The translations under genes and the position numbers were made by a program. A stretch of DNA of 63,584 nucleotides, counting the filler, from Licmophora abbreviata (lineage: Eukaryota): the NCBI GenBank assembly GCA_900291995.1. It is 9 parts of 9 records of this genome, joined end to end, with 100 filler letters (N's around TTAATTAATTAA, not from the genome) between each part and the next. Parts side by side here need not be neighbours in the genome. Positions count along the whole stretch, not along the records: positions 33,908 to 36,741 come from OLMU01000327.1; positions 36,842 to 38,986 come from OLMU01000328.1; positions 39,087 to 59,697 come from OLMU01000329.1; 6 more parts are not named here. The stretch is one strand, 5' to 3'. Below the pieces are notes generated by a model. The model was not told where the DNA came from and made no database searches. It saw only the letters and a program-made list of their open reading frames with translations. Shown piece after piece: positions 33,983-44,400 of the stretch (position 1 is the first letter of the stretch; each line of letters begins with the position of its first letter).

Positions 33983-34850
33983 TTTGAACGTCGCATGGCA
34001 GTGTAGTTGTTGCAGACATGTCTATACTCACTCTGTACACACGCACTTCACAGTTCTTGAACTCAGTGGCTGTCGGTTGGCCAAGATGGCCACGCTCTAA
34101 TTCTCTCAGGTAGCCTTTGTGTGTGACGACGCAGATCACGCGGTGCTGCGATTCCGCCAACAGATCGAAGACTTTCTTGGTTCGGTTTCGGAGCATGTCC
34201 TTCTCTTCGACCACACTTTCCGTTCTTCCCCTTTGCGTGTCTGTTAACACTTGAACCTCATCGTCAGTATCTTCGTCTTCGAAAGGCTCTTCGCTCAAAG
34301 GACCGAGATTGACAGCCGCTAGCAGTCCACGCACACCCTCCTCGGCAAGGCGAAGACGCCTCATTGAAAACCGCACGAACGACTTGCGGCTTCCAATGCT
34401 TGCCACTGGCTGTCGCGTATCACATGGCTTTCCCGTTTGTCTTTCTTGGAGCACCAGTCGGACATGTATGTTGTCACAATTCGGAAAGACCAGATTCGTC
34501 GTTTGGAGGGCGCGCTGCAGGGGCGAAACGAGCACTTCGGTCGGTGGCGGAAGGCCCTTTTCTTGTAATTCATCGACCAACTTCATTGCCTCCAGCGCTT
34601 CCTCCTTTCCTTTCTCCGTCAAGGGAGAGTCCAATAGTGAAACATCGTCTAGAACGGACCTTCTTGCTTCTTCCATCCGACGCCGGGTCTCGTCACTGTC
34701 CGGAGCGAATCCTTCAGCGATCGCAACTTCTCGCGCTAAGCTTTGCGCTTTTTTCTCCAGAACGTTGTGCGCCGCCTCTCCATGACGAATCAAGTACAGC
34801 GTGTAGACGTGGATACTGCCCTCGGATGTTCCGTTACTCTTTGGTATCAT
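33966..34850 (-). CDS. Histidine phosphatase / phosphoglycerate mutase-like protein
   Basis: LIRHGEAAHN, DSPLTEKG, VSPLQRALQT, VVTHKGYL. Confidence 0.88.
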   Translation of the reverse strand: MIPKSNGTSEGSIHVYTLYLIRHGEAAHNVLEKKAQSLAREVAIAEGFAPDSDETRRRMEEARRSVLDDVSLLDSPLTEKGKEEALEAMKLVDELQEKGLPPPTEVLVSPLQRALQTTNLVFPNCDNIHVRLVLQERQTGKPCDTRQPVASIGSRKSFVRFSMRRLRLAEEGVRGLLAAVNLGPLSEEPFEDEDTDDEVQVLTDTQRGRTESVVEEKDMLRNRTKKVFDLLAESQHRVICVVTHKGYLRELERGHLGQPTATEFKNCEVRVYRVSIDMSATTTLPCDVQKLEPA

Positions 34851-35275
34851 GGCGAGGGTTGGACTTCATGGCGCATCATCATCAGACTCTGTGTCGTCAA
34901 CAATCACATTGAACATGGTCGCGTCTCGCCATCATGTTGATCGCGAGCTCTATATATTTTAAATTGATGCTATAGAACTCGTGCGACTTTTTCTCGGTAG
35001 CGCCGTCAGTCACCGGGTACCGAAAGGTAGGTCTACCGGAACTGTGGGCCGATTGGTCTAAACCTGCCCGTGTGTACTCGCAATTCTTGCAAGTCAGATG
35101 TACCTGACCGCCTATACCAGACATAGAAGGTGCGCAAACCATACGCAAGCGAGCAAGGATGAAACGTGTGGGTTGCTATCAAAAATAACTATGTAGAGGC
35201 TTCCTGTAAACAGATCCGTCGCTAGAATCAGCACACGACCACCCTCTTTACAAAATCGACAAAGAAAAGTCCACA

Positions 35276-35734
35276 TTACTCTTTTTCTTTGTATGCACAG
35301 AAGCGCTTTTTGATCGAAGACGCCTGTTCTTGGTCCACATTCGGCTGGACATGAATTTCATCCACAGTCTCTAACTTTCGTGTTTCCGGATGTTGAAAGA
35401 AGCAATCACGATGTAACGTACACGGGTTTCGATATCCTTTGTGACATTCCATCATCAAGCAGAACCGAAGTGAGTTCTTTGGAATGAAATCACCGCAGAG
35501 TTTGCACTTGGAGCGGCCCGAAGGGTCGATCTCCGCACGAGCCACATACGGGTGCTTTGCACGATCACGCTTGGCTCCATTCGTAAGCGTCGGGTCGTCA
35601 TCGCGGAAGCGCTTGATTGCCAAGTGGCTCATGTCGTTCCACCCCTTTGTATTTGTTCCCTTGTTCTTCTTCGCGTGTGCCTTTTCCGCCTTTCGCTTGG
35701 GGGGCACTTTGCTCTTGCTGCCCTTCACCACCAT
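35276..35734 (-). CDS. Small basic protein with a PARP-type zinc finger
   Basis: AEIDPSGRSKCKLCGDFIPKNSLRF...LHRDCFF (CxxC...HxxC); Lys-rich N-terminus. Confidence 0.75.
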   Translation of the reverse strand: MVVKGSKSKVPPKRKAEKAHAKKNKGTNTKGWNDMSHLAIKRFRDDDPTLTNGAKRDRAKHPYVARAEIDPSGRSKCKLCGDFIPKNSLRFCLMMECHKGYRNPCTLHRDCFFQHPETRKLETVDEIHVQPNVDQEQASSIKKRFCAYKEKE

Positions 35735-36208
35735 TTTTTGTGAGGGAAATCTACGTTTCGTCCAAAGTGGAACTTCCTCTTGAGCGACAAGTGCAGCAAC
35801 GTCGTGGTGCTGTGCCGCGGCGTTGCACTTTTAGTTGTGTGTTGTGTGTCGGCGGCAAGTTTGTGTGACTACGACAAATTTTCAGTTCGGTCATCTCTCA
35901 TCGCACACAAGGCGCAGCGCGCGAACAAACCGGCGGCGCTTAGGTCTACCGGTTGCACCGGTACCAAGTACCTCAAAGTTGAGGCCATCGTGGTGCAGAT
36001 CCTTCGTAGACGCCGGAGTAGCAAGCTACAAAGTATCACAACCAAATGGCTTCCATTCACTAAGGTAGGAGGGACTCTCTTCCGCTGGATGGATTGGAAC
36101 CATCCAGCGAGAGATTTGCTTCTCATGAGGCGATCATATCAGACTCCAAAGCTCGTACTTACAATATCTATCAAACTTATTCGATCTACAGTACCCGTGT
36201 CGCCACGA

Positions 36209-37608
36209 CTATGCCAGCTTCTTCTTGGTGAGCGGAATCTCCTCCAGTGACTTGAAGTACTGGATCCCTTCAGTACCCTCGACATAGTGGCAGGTGTGGG
36301 CGATTCGCCACATGGCCTTCCACCACGGAGTAGGGTCATAGTTGTACAGACCCTTCGGCTCCAAGAACTCTCGAACTGCCACCGTGGCCTCCCATGCGTT
36401 GTAGCACGGCATCTCGTGAAAAAGATGGTGTACCACATGCGTGCTTCCGATACGATGATGGAAAAAGTCAAATATACCGTAGTCCCTATCAATGGTCGAC
36501 AAGGCACCCTTGACCCAAGTCCATTCCCCTTCGCCGTAGTGAGGGATGGAAGGATCCGTGTGCTGAAGCCACGTGTAGAGAACCAGCCATCCGTTGGTAA
36601 CCATGTAGGGGCCGGTGTACCACAGAGTGACAGGGACGAATCCATACGTCAAGCTCAAATGAACTAACAGTCCCAATGTCGCGAACACACCGATCGTCGA
36701 TAGCATGATCTTCGCTCGGACCTTGGGAGGAAACATGGGGGNNNNNNNNNNNNNNNNNNNNNNNNNNNNNNNNNNNNNNNNNNNNTTAATTAATTAANNN
36801 NNNNNNNNNNNNNNNNNNNNNNNNNNNNNNNNNNNNNNNNNATAGCATGATCTTCGCTCGGACCTTGGGAGGAAACGATGGGGGAGCCGGGGCGGAAGTG
36901 GTCGGCAAAGTCATCCAAAGGCTTACCGTCATGGGCCAGGCGTCCAGTGGAGGCCAGTCCCATCAGGTAGAGCGGCCATCCGATCACAAGGTGGGTGAAG
37001 ACTTGGAAGAAGGCGAAGGCTCCATCACCCATGGCCTCATGAAGGGCCGCGTAGAACGATTCGCGCTCATTATTCTCTCCAAGACCGTTTTCTCTTCCAG
37101 TAGAAGGAACGTGCGACTCGCCGTCAGTCAAATGGTTGGTGCGTCGGTGGTGCTTGGCATGCGTGTACTGCCAGGCAAAGTACGGAACAAGGAGTGCCTG
37201 GTGAAGAACAAAGCCGATGATATCATTGAAGGTCTGCGAAGGGGAGAAGGCGCCATGTCCACACTCATGTGCCAAGACCCACGGTCCGGTGAGGATGGTC
37301 CCCATCCAGAAAGCGTAGAATGACCATCCTGAGACCCAAACAAGAGCAGAGGCCGGGTCGGTCGGAATATCGGTAGAAAGAACCTTGCTGGTCCCATATA
37401 CAAATGCAGAGGCCATGCACAGATCCCTAACGACCAGCATCATGGAAATGAGGCCAGAGCGTTTGAAGCAGTGCGCCGGGATCGAAGCCTTGATTTCGCC
37501 CTTGGTAGGGAGTTTCGGAGCATTCTTGTCGAGAGGATTGTATGGGCTCCTCCACTCCAAATCTTGCTTCGATTTGCTCAGCGCTTCGCTACGTCCACCC
37601 TTGCCCAT
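36209..37608 (-). CDS. FAD2: Microsomal delta-12 (omega-6) fatty acid desaturase, interrupted by spacer 36742-36841
   Basis: MGKGGR start; His boxes HECGH, HAKHH and HVVHH; DHFRPGSPMFPPK reads through the ~42-bp duplicated contig ends. Confidence 0.92.
36700..36884. repeat. Duplicated contig ends around spacer; the right copy carries one extra base
   Basis: aaacatggggg (left, in frame) vs aaacgatggggg (right). Confidence 0.85.
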
Positions 37609-38627
37609 TGTGAATTTGGTTGTTTGGAAATTGGTCTATTGGTATGGAAGGAGTAACACAGTCGGTGTGAACCAGGAACTGCTTCAAAGAATGAGACGAG
37701 CGATGTTTCGGTTCGCGTAGGCGCCACACACGGATCTGGACCGAGACCACGTCGACGGAAGGCGAAAAAGTGAGCAGAGATTCGCGGTATAGAAACCACG
37801 TAGCTTAGTACGTCATGGCCGTAGCGCAATCCTGCCGATGACCGATGACAAACCTCATCCGTCAATCCATCATCATCGGACTATTTGAGAGCTCGAGAGC
37901 TCGTGAAGCTATTGGAAGTTTCAACCGGGCATAAATGAAGTCTTTCGCTCTCACAGGAGCTATGAGAAGCTTGTGAACAGCTCAGGCTCAAAAGCTGGTT
38001 ATAAGCAAGTAAGTAAAAAAGGGTCGAAAGGGGCTGGAGCTCCAAAAATCTGCCTCTCTGATCGGGAAGGGCGATGCAATCACTAAATACGATGTACTTC
38101 GGGCTGGGGGTCTAGTAAGTCAGCCAACAAGCCTATCTAGCCAATAGCACCCACACGTGGTCCCTCAAGAGGCTCCTCATTCGCGTTTATGTCATCCTTG
38201 GTGTTAACGGGACCGCGGACAGCCCTATGGTTCCATCCAAGGAGCTCTACACGCCGACTCTATTCTAGAGACGCTAGTTCGCGCCGACTGTCGATCAAGA
38301 GTCACACTGGAACTGGTAATAGGACGGAGCGAGGCATCAGCCGAAGTGAGAAGCAGTTAAAAACTGTCGGGGGTATTGGCGTTCAAACATGCAAGGTGAG
38401 GAATACGCAAGCTACACTAGTCTAATGGAGAGACCGATGTTCCCGTCTCGACAATCGTGCTGTAGATTTTGCAGGCAACAAGCTACTTGAACGGGAGTGT
38501 AGCTACTAGTAGAGTCAGACCAGAGGCACACATCTGTATGTCCGTGCGATAAAGTCTCAATATAGCGGGCACGTGATAGAGTGTCTATTACACAAGCAAG
38601 CGTCATGTATAAACTATCAGGTGGAGC

Positions 38628-39318
38628 TTAGTCCCAGCCGTCGTTGGCGGACTTGATCACATAAGATGCGACGTCGGCGATGTCTTCGTCAGAAAGACGA
38701 CCACCGAAAGCAGGCATGGCGTTCTTTCCGTTAGTAACCTGAGTGACAACCGACTTCTCGGACATGCCACCGGCAAGGTACTGGGTAAGGGCCTCCTTCT
38801 CAAGAGTCTTGTCTGGCATGATCACATTCTGTCCTCCAGCATGGCACGCGGCGCAGTTAGCCGAAAAGACTTGTTCGCCGGCAGCCGGATCGGCAGCGAA
38901 GGCGGGGTTGGCGACGCTGAATGCAACGGCTCCAGCGACAGCGGCCCCCTTAACGGCCTGTGACCCAGGAAAAAACAGGAAAAGGGNNNNNNNNNNNNNN
39001 NNNNNNNNNNNNNNNNNNNNNNNNNNNNNNTTAATTAATTAANNNNNNNNNNNNNNNNNNNNNNNNNNNNNNNNNNNNNNNNNNNNGCCTGTGACCCAGG
39101 AAAAAACAGGAAAAGGGCACGTGTCAGCACGTGCCAGTCACGAGAAAGCTCAGACACCCCCAAAGATACGCCTTCGACATCTTGTTCGGCGTCTCATCCA
39201 GTTCGATCTGACCCAATTTTCACCCCCGTTTCCTTACCTGTGCGACATCGATCTTCTGGGGAACGATAGAGAAGGCAGATGCCGAGGCGGCAAGGATGGC
39301 AAGGACTGTAAGCTTCAT
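38628..39318 (-). CDS. petJ: Nucleus-encoded cytochrome c6 with tripartite presequence
   Basis: join(39318..39238,38957..38628). [20 protein letters not shown] (signal + ASAF), lumen peptide ending PAFA, heme motif [17 protein letters not shown]. The intron contains spacer 38987-39086 with 31-bp duplicated ends. Confidence 0.95.
39116..39135. promoter_or_regulatory. Perfect 8-bp dyad GGCACGTG-tcag-CACGTGCC (two E/G-boxes) in the petJ intron
   Basis: Read directly from the sequence; on the sense strand the 4-nt loop plus the next base reads CTGAC, the likely branch point. Function is inferred. Confidence 0.45.
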
Positions 39319-39819
39319 GGTGTACGGTCTCTTCTGATCAACTTGTGCCAAGCAGAGGTCAGTTACGCACGAGATCCGAGAAGATTTTCGTAGAAGTCTC
39401 GTACAACTCTACGTAGGGTGACACCTTCTTCAGGAAGGGAATCCGACTTCCCACTCTCCAATCATGCCTCACTCATCGCTCAGTGCACCCTACATAGGAA
39501 TTAGTACAAACGGTATGGCCATTTTCCACCAGATGGCATTTTCTACTCAATCCTGACTCACAGGATTCTGTGCCGTATCTTTCTGGCTTCAACATGGGTA
39601 TCTTTCGGTTCGTTTCGAGGAAGATTCCTGATTCCAGGACTTGTCGACCGTCAGCCGACAGACGCCAGTGTCCAGCATTGTTTTTCGTTCTTGTTTTTTC
39701 CGACGATGTGCGGGCTGCATCACCCAGCACTCCCATCATTGGACCTCTTTCTCAGCTTCCAACGGAGACATACAGTCCCCGCGACGCTGTTTTACCCCGG
39801 TAATGTTGTGAGCTGAATG

Positions 39820-40773
39820 ATGGTACATCGAACGGAAGGCGAGCGCACCGTCAGTGCGACCAGCCAAAACTGCCGCAAAGTGACTTCGCGACGCACGGCT
39901 ACGCGGCGACGAACGCGACCTTCTCCACCCACTCCTTTGAAAATCACTGTTCCATTTGCTATTCCTCCGAATGTACGCGTGAAGTTCTCTCGTGACTGGA
40001 TTGTGAAAGTGTCGGTGCGAGCTTTGGTCCATCACTTGCTCTATGGCAGAGGCGTTGTTCCGGCACAGTCGTTTGAACTACTGCAGAGGCATCGCGACTC
40101 GATATCGTCGCCAGACAAAAGACTTTCTGCTGTGGAGCGCAAGTTTGTAAGATGCGGATCGTCATTGGAGCAACTGCTTCGGGAATGGGATCTGCTTTGC
40201 TCGCCGGAACTCTCATTGCTACAATTTTCGCAAGTCCTTATATCGTTAGGTCCGTCATCGTCGCGGCCAAGGGAGCAGTATGTGTTGGACTTGACGAATT
40301 TAGGTGAAGATGATGGATCAGGCTCTTGTACAGATCCTCCAGTGCCCTCCCAAGAGCATGCATTCTCACGGAGGCTGGTGTGTTCCCTGCTGAAAGCTCT
40401 CAATCCGACCGACGACGATGATGTATTATCGGACATGAACCAGCAATTTCTCGTTCAACCCTCTCCCGCCAACGCATCTTGCAAATTGTTTGTGTCAGTT
40501 CGACTGAGAAGCGATGTACTCAAACAAATGCTAGGTCGACTAGGTACGGGGAACGAAACTAGAGCTCCCAAGGACAGCTACTACTCGCTGCTGCAACGGG
40601 TAATTGTACGACACGATTTCTCGACGGCTGCTTCCCAGAAAATGCAAAAGTCGCACGTTGTACAGATTCAAGTCAAGAGCGAGACGAATAGGGAATGGCC
40701 ATCTTTTGACGATGATGCCGAGACCGCAATGTGGATTACACTGCCAACGTCAGTCAAGGGATTCCGAATGTAA
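39820..40773 (+). CDS. MAD2L1BP: p31comet/MAD2L1BP-like HORMA protein
   Basis: LVHHLLYGRGVVP and QVLISLGPSSSRPREQYVLDL match the p31comet pattern LKHIMYQRQQLP / VLILLGG....PKEFYELDL; C-terminal W...P..VKGF. Confidence 0.6.
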   Translation: MVHRTEGERTVSATSQNCRKVTSRRTATRRRTRPSPPTPLKITVPFAIPPNVRVKFSRDWIVKVSVRALVHHLLYGRGVVPAQSFELLQRHRDSISSPDKRLSAVERKFVRCGSSLEQLLREWDLLCSPELSLLQFSQVLISLGPSSSRPREQYVLDLTNLGEDDGSGSCTDPPVPSQEHAFSRRLVCSLLKALNPTDDDDVLSDMNQQFLVQPSPANASCKLFVSVRLRSDVLKQMLGRLGTGNETRAPKDSYYSLLQRVIVRHDFSTAASQKMQKSHVVQIQVKSETNREWPSFDDDAETAMWITLPTSVKGFRM

Positions 40774-41429
40774 TTACTTAGCTAGACCACGGCCGACACC
40801 ACGACCAACAAGAGTAGGATAGGAGAAGAACCACAAGGCATTTCTCTGTTGCCGATCTACAGATTGTAGTCATTTCCTTTTCAGTCTCAATCGTTTGTTT
40901 TGTTCCATCGAAAATTTCTCTATGCGAGCATCCCCTGTTGCATTCTGTTGCTTCGTCTCGTTGTCCGTCGATGAGCGGAGGCATGGCAGACCCTGACGAA
41001 AAATTGAAAAGCGATTGTGTCTTTTATTACGCCCTATGGACATATCTTCCAATAATAAAATCAAATGTTCACATAAGACAATTAATAAAATGTATATTCA
41101 TCGGAATGTACAACTCTAAGGGTTCAGGCAAATGAGAACCGCATTCAGAATGACTGCGGTCGTGCGCTGAGGGGCGTTTTTGGGACATGTGGGCACCACA
41201 ACTTCGGTCGATCAATGACAGGTGACCACAACGGTCTCTCCTCTTCGTTTGCAACAGAGTCGACCAATTTAATTCGCATTTCAAGACGCCAGGATTAGAG
41301 TTTTGAAGTTTCGAAGCTCGGAAGCGTCGAAACGAACGAGGCGTACTTTTTCGATTCCAAAATTGTCTTTCATTTCGGGCGCGTGACCCAAGACGCACAG
41401 ACAAGACGAGAACGAATCAGGTCGAGACG

Positions 41430-44400
41430 ATGGTGATGATACGACACTTGCACAACCCCGCTCTTTGTATTGCTATCGCCGTGCTCTTGTTGGTGCGACC
41501 GTGCGATGGCGTGGATCTTGCTGGAGGTCGCTTCCAGACTACCTCCGATGTGACTAGCTGGTAAGTTGGGTTGGGCTCCGTCACGTCTGTTTATGCCGTT
41601 CGACACTTTGTCTAAAATCAAACTTACACCGTCTTTCGGTATTTTGCATAGGCTTAATCTGGCTCTAGATGTTGCGAACATGAGGGACACAGAGGATAAA
41701 GTTACGAAACAAAGTATCTATGAGGATGTGAGTTGTTTGACCAACCATCGACAATGACTCGTTGCGTACCTGCTCAAACCATTGTTTTGCTTACCTCGTT
41801 GCTGCCTCAGGGTCGGAATTCTGTGTTTATCGCAGAGAATGGCTACATCGTGAGTTGTCCAAGTTTGAACTTATCGCTGTAAACTATGCGACTTTGTATG
41901 GCAGGCCTCTCACACTCACACTCATTTGAACTCGTTGATGTGTACAGCGTGCCTCGATCACTGGCCAGTCTTAGCTGGACATCCTATCCTCTAATGAAAG
42001 ACGACGCCATGTACAACTACTTTCTACATGCATTTGTTCTCATTGGGAATGAAGTTGAATCGGAAAAGCTGGGTAAATTTGACGACCAACCCGTCGAGCA
42101 GTACGGTGATACATTGGTGGAAGACCTGTTCGATTTGGACGTACCGCAGATTGAATCTGAGGCTGCACTTATCATAAACGTATGGATGCTTATCATGCAT
42201 CAACTTTACGAAGTACTACGGTTTTGTGAGGGCACAGGAAGCTCACAGGATATGAACGAGGCCTTGGATATTGCGGCAGCACTTTGGGTTGGGGCAGACC
42301 AGGTTGAGGGCGACCCGGAACGCGGTAATATGTTGTACAATCTGGCTCAAGTGGCTGGTCGACGCTATGGAGAAGCGAACGGAGAAGCGAAAGCGAACGT
42401 GCTTGTCATGGATGCCTTCAACGATATTCAGTCGGACATAGCGGGAAACATGTGCTCGAATGATCAGGGCTATGTGGAAATGCGCACCGCAGTTAACGAT
42501 CTGTTTGGCTACATGACGATTCCCCTTGTCCAGCAGCTGCTTCATCATATCGTTCAACAGCCCGCGGCAGGAGGCAGTGACTTCATCGAACTCTACTCGT
42601 TGTCCATCGCGCCAAGAATTCTTGTGTGTGATCCCAAAGCGTATAACTACATTCTCGATAACATGGTATTCGGAGAAATAACCGATCAGGTCGACTCCAA
42701 GACGAATGCCACCAATGTGCTGCAAGGCATTTACAGCTGCTTGGGCGTGACTTGTCAGCAGATTGGAAGCTACGAAACTGGAGCTGTCGAACAATGCAGT
42801 GACGAACCGCCCGATACGCCTAAACTGTTGGCTGGCTACCCACCGACCTTTGATGTCACTCCTGTACGTGATTTTGTGTATTCTTGTGTCACCGCGGATC
42901 CTGCCGGCTCCTCGCTCATTATTTTCCTCGTACTGTTCTTCTGACTCGCAGTATGCTTATCTTGATCGGGACATCCTTCAAATACGGACTCTTGCTGATA
43001 AGGGGGCCTATGGCGCGGCGATGGATCTATACAAAAATGGAATGAATGGTAGATTGTCAGCATCTGACCATGTGACTCTTCACGACCTTGCTACCACCTC
43101 CGATCGTCAAGCTGCCGCACAGCAGTACAGTCTTTTCACTACGTACTACGGCATCGATGACCAGGCTGACAAAACAATCACAGACGCGCTGACTGGGCAG
43201 TCCCCGTATGCCCAGGCTTCTGCCGCCCAACGTGGCTCGGTCGTCTCCGGCACGTTGACATACATGGTTTCATTCATGTCGATATTGCAGATGCTGTACA
43301 CTGCCATCCAAACCTGTGACGATGGTGGAGTGGGAAGCACGGATACTAGCGTTCGCCTCTGGGACCAGGCCGTTGCTCTCTTCGTGGGATCGATGGAAGG
43401 AAACACGGGCGGGGAAGACGATTTCGGAGAGATGCTTTATGGTTCGGCGAAGGACATATGTCACTTCTTCGGTACTTGCGTTGACTCGGGGGGTGCTGAG
43501 ATTAACGGGGTACTTCGAGATGCGTTTGCGGATGGAAGCGATTTATTGACGCTCGGGAATTGTGATGAGACGAAAACGCTTATCGAAAATACCCTGCTTG
43601 GTGCCCTTTCTGTGCCACTTGTCCAGGGCACTCTCCGATATGCGGTCAAGAACTCTGACCTTACAATCGGAGCGACCAACAAGACCCTAGGAACCGGCCA
43701 TGCCTTCGCCGACTCAATCCTACCCTTCGTGTACGACGCTGACTTCGACAGTGCCGATGCCATAGCTGTCAATATGGTTTTTGACCTAACGACAAAGCCT
43801 GTCATCGATGGCCCTGCTTCAGTGTTTGCTGCCTTTCGAGCAGCGCTTTCGAGCATGGCGGTGGACTGTGGTCTGGTAGGTTCCTACGAACTGTTTGGCG
43901 GTGTCTGCCCAGGCGGTGACGGATCGACACCTACCGCTCCATCGGCTCCTTCCGGACCTGGGCCAACTGGGTCGTCGACTGAACCGACGCCGGCCCCTAT
44001 CATGCCGGGAGATCCAGCGTCTTTGGGATTCGGTAGGTATGCTTTTACCACTGATGTTACTGGGCTGTCAAAGATTGCTCATGATGTGAGGGATATGGAG
44101 AGCTCTGCCAATATTGCTAGTGCTACGGACGTGTACAGCAACGGAGCCAACTCGCAGGTATTGATCAACGGTATCTCAACGACTCTCACCCTCGAATCAT
44201 TCAGTACCAATGCTGCCACCTACATGTCACAAGACCCCATGTTCAACATTTTCCGTTATGCACTCTTAAACGATACAGTGTTTGCTGACGATTCTCCTGC
44301 GTCTGAATCTGCCTATGCGGATACTGTGGTTCAGAAAGCACTGGGCGTAGCAAACGACGTTGAACTGGCCGCCGAATCATCCGTCGTGATGAGTGTGTGG

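Noticed and set aside
25023..35734. ADP-ribosylglycohydrolase plus zf-PARP protein as an ADP-ribosylation module
   Set aside because: About 9 kb apart, no transferase present, and eukaryotic neighbourhood alone is weak evidence.
36742..36884. FAD2 as a frameshifted pseudogene
   Set aside because: The extra base is in the terminal bases of one contig; the overlapping copy is in frame and all three His boxes are intact.
19675..40773. Two HORMA proteins (ATG13, p31comet-like) as a functional cluster
   Set aside because: They are 18 kb apart with many unrelated genes between, and belong to different pathways.
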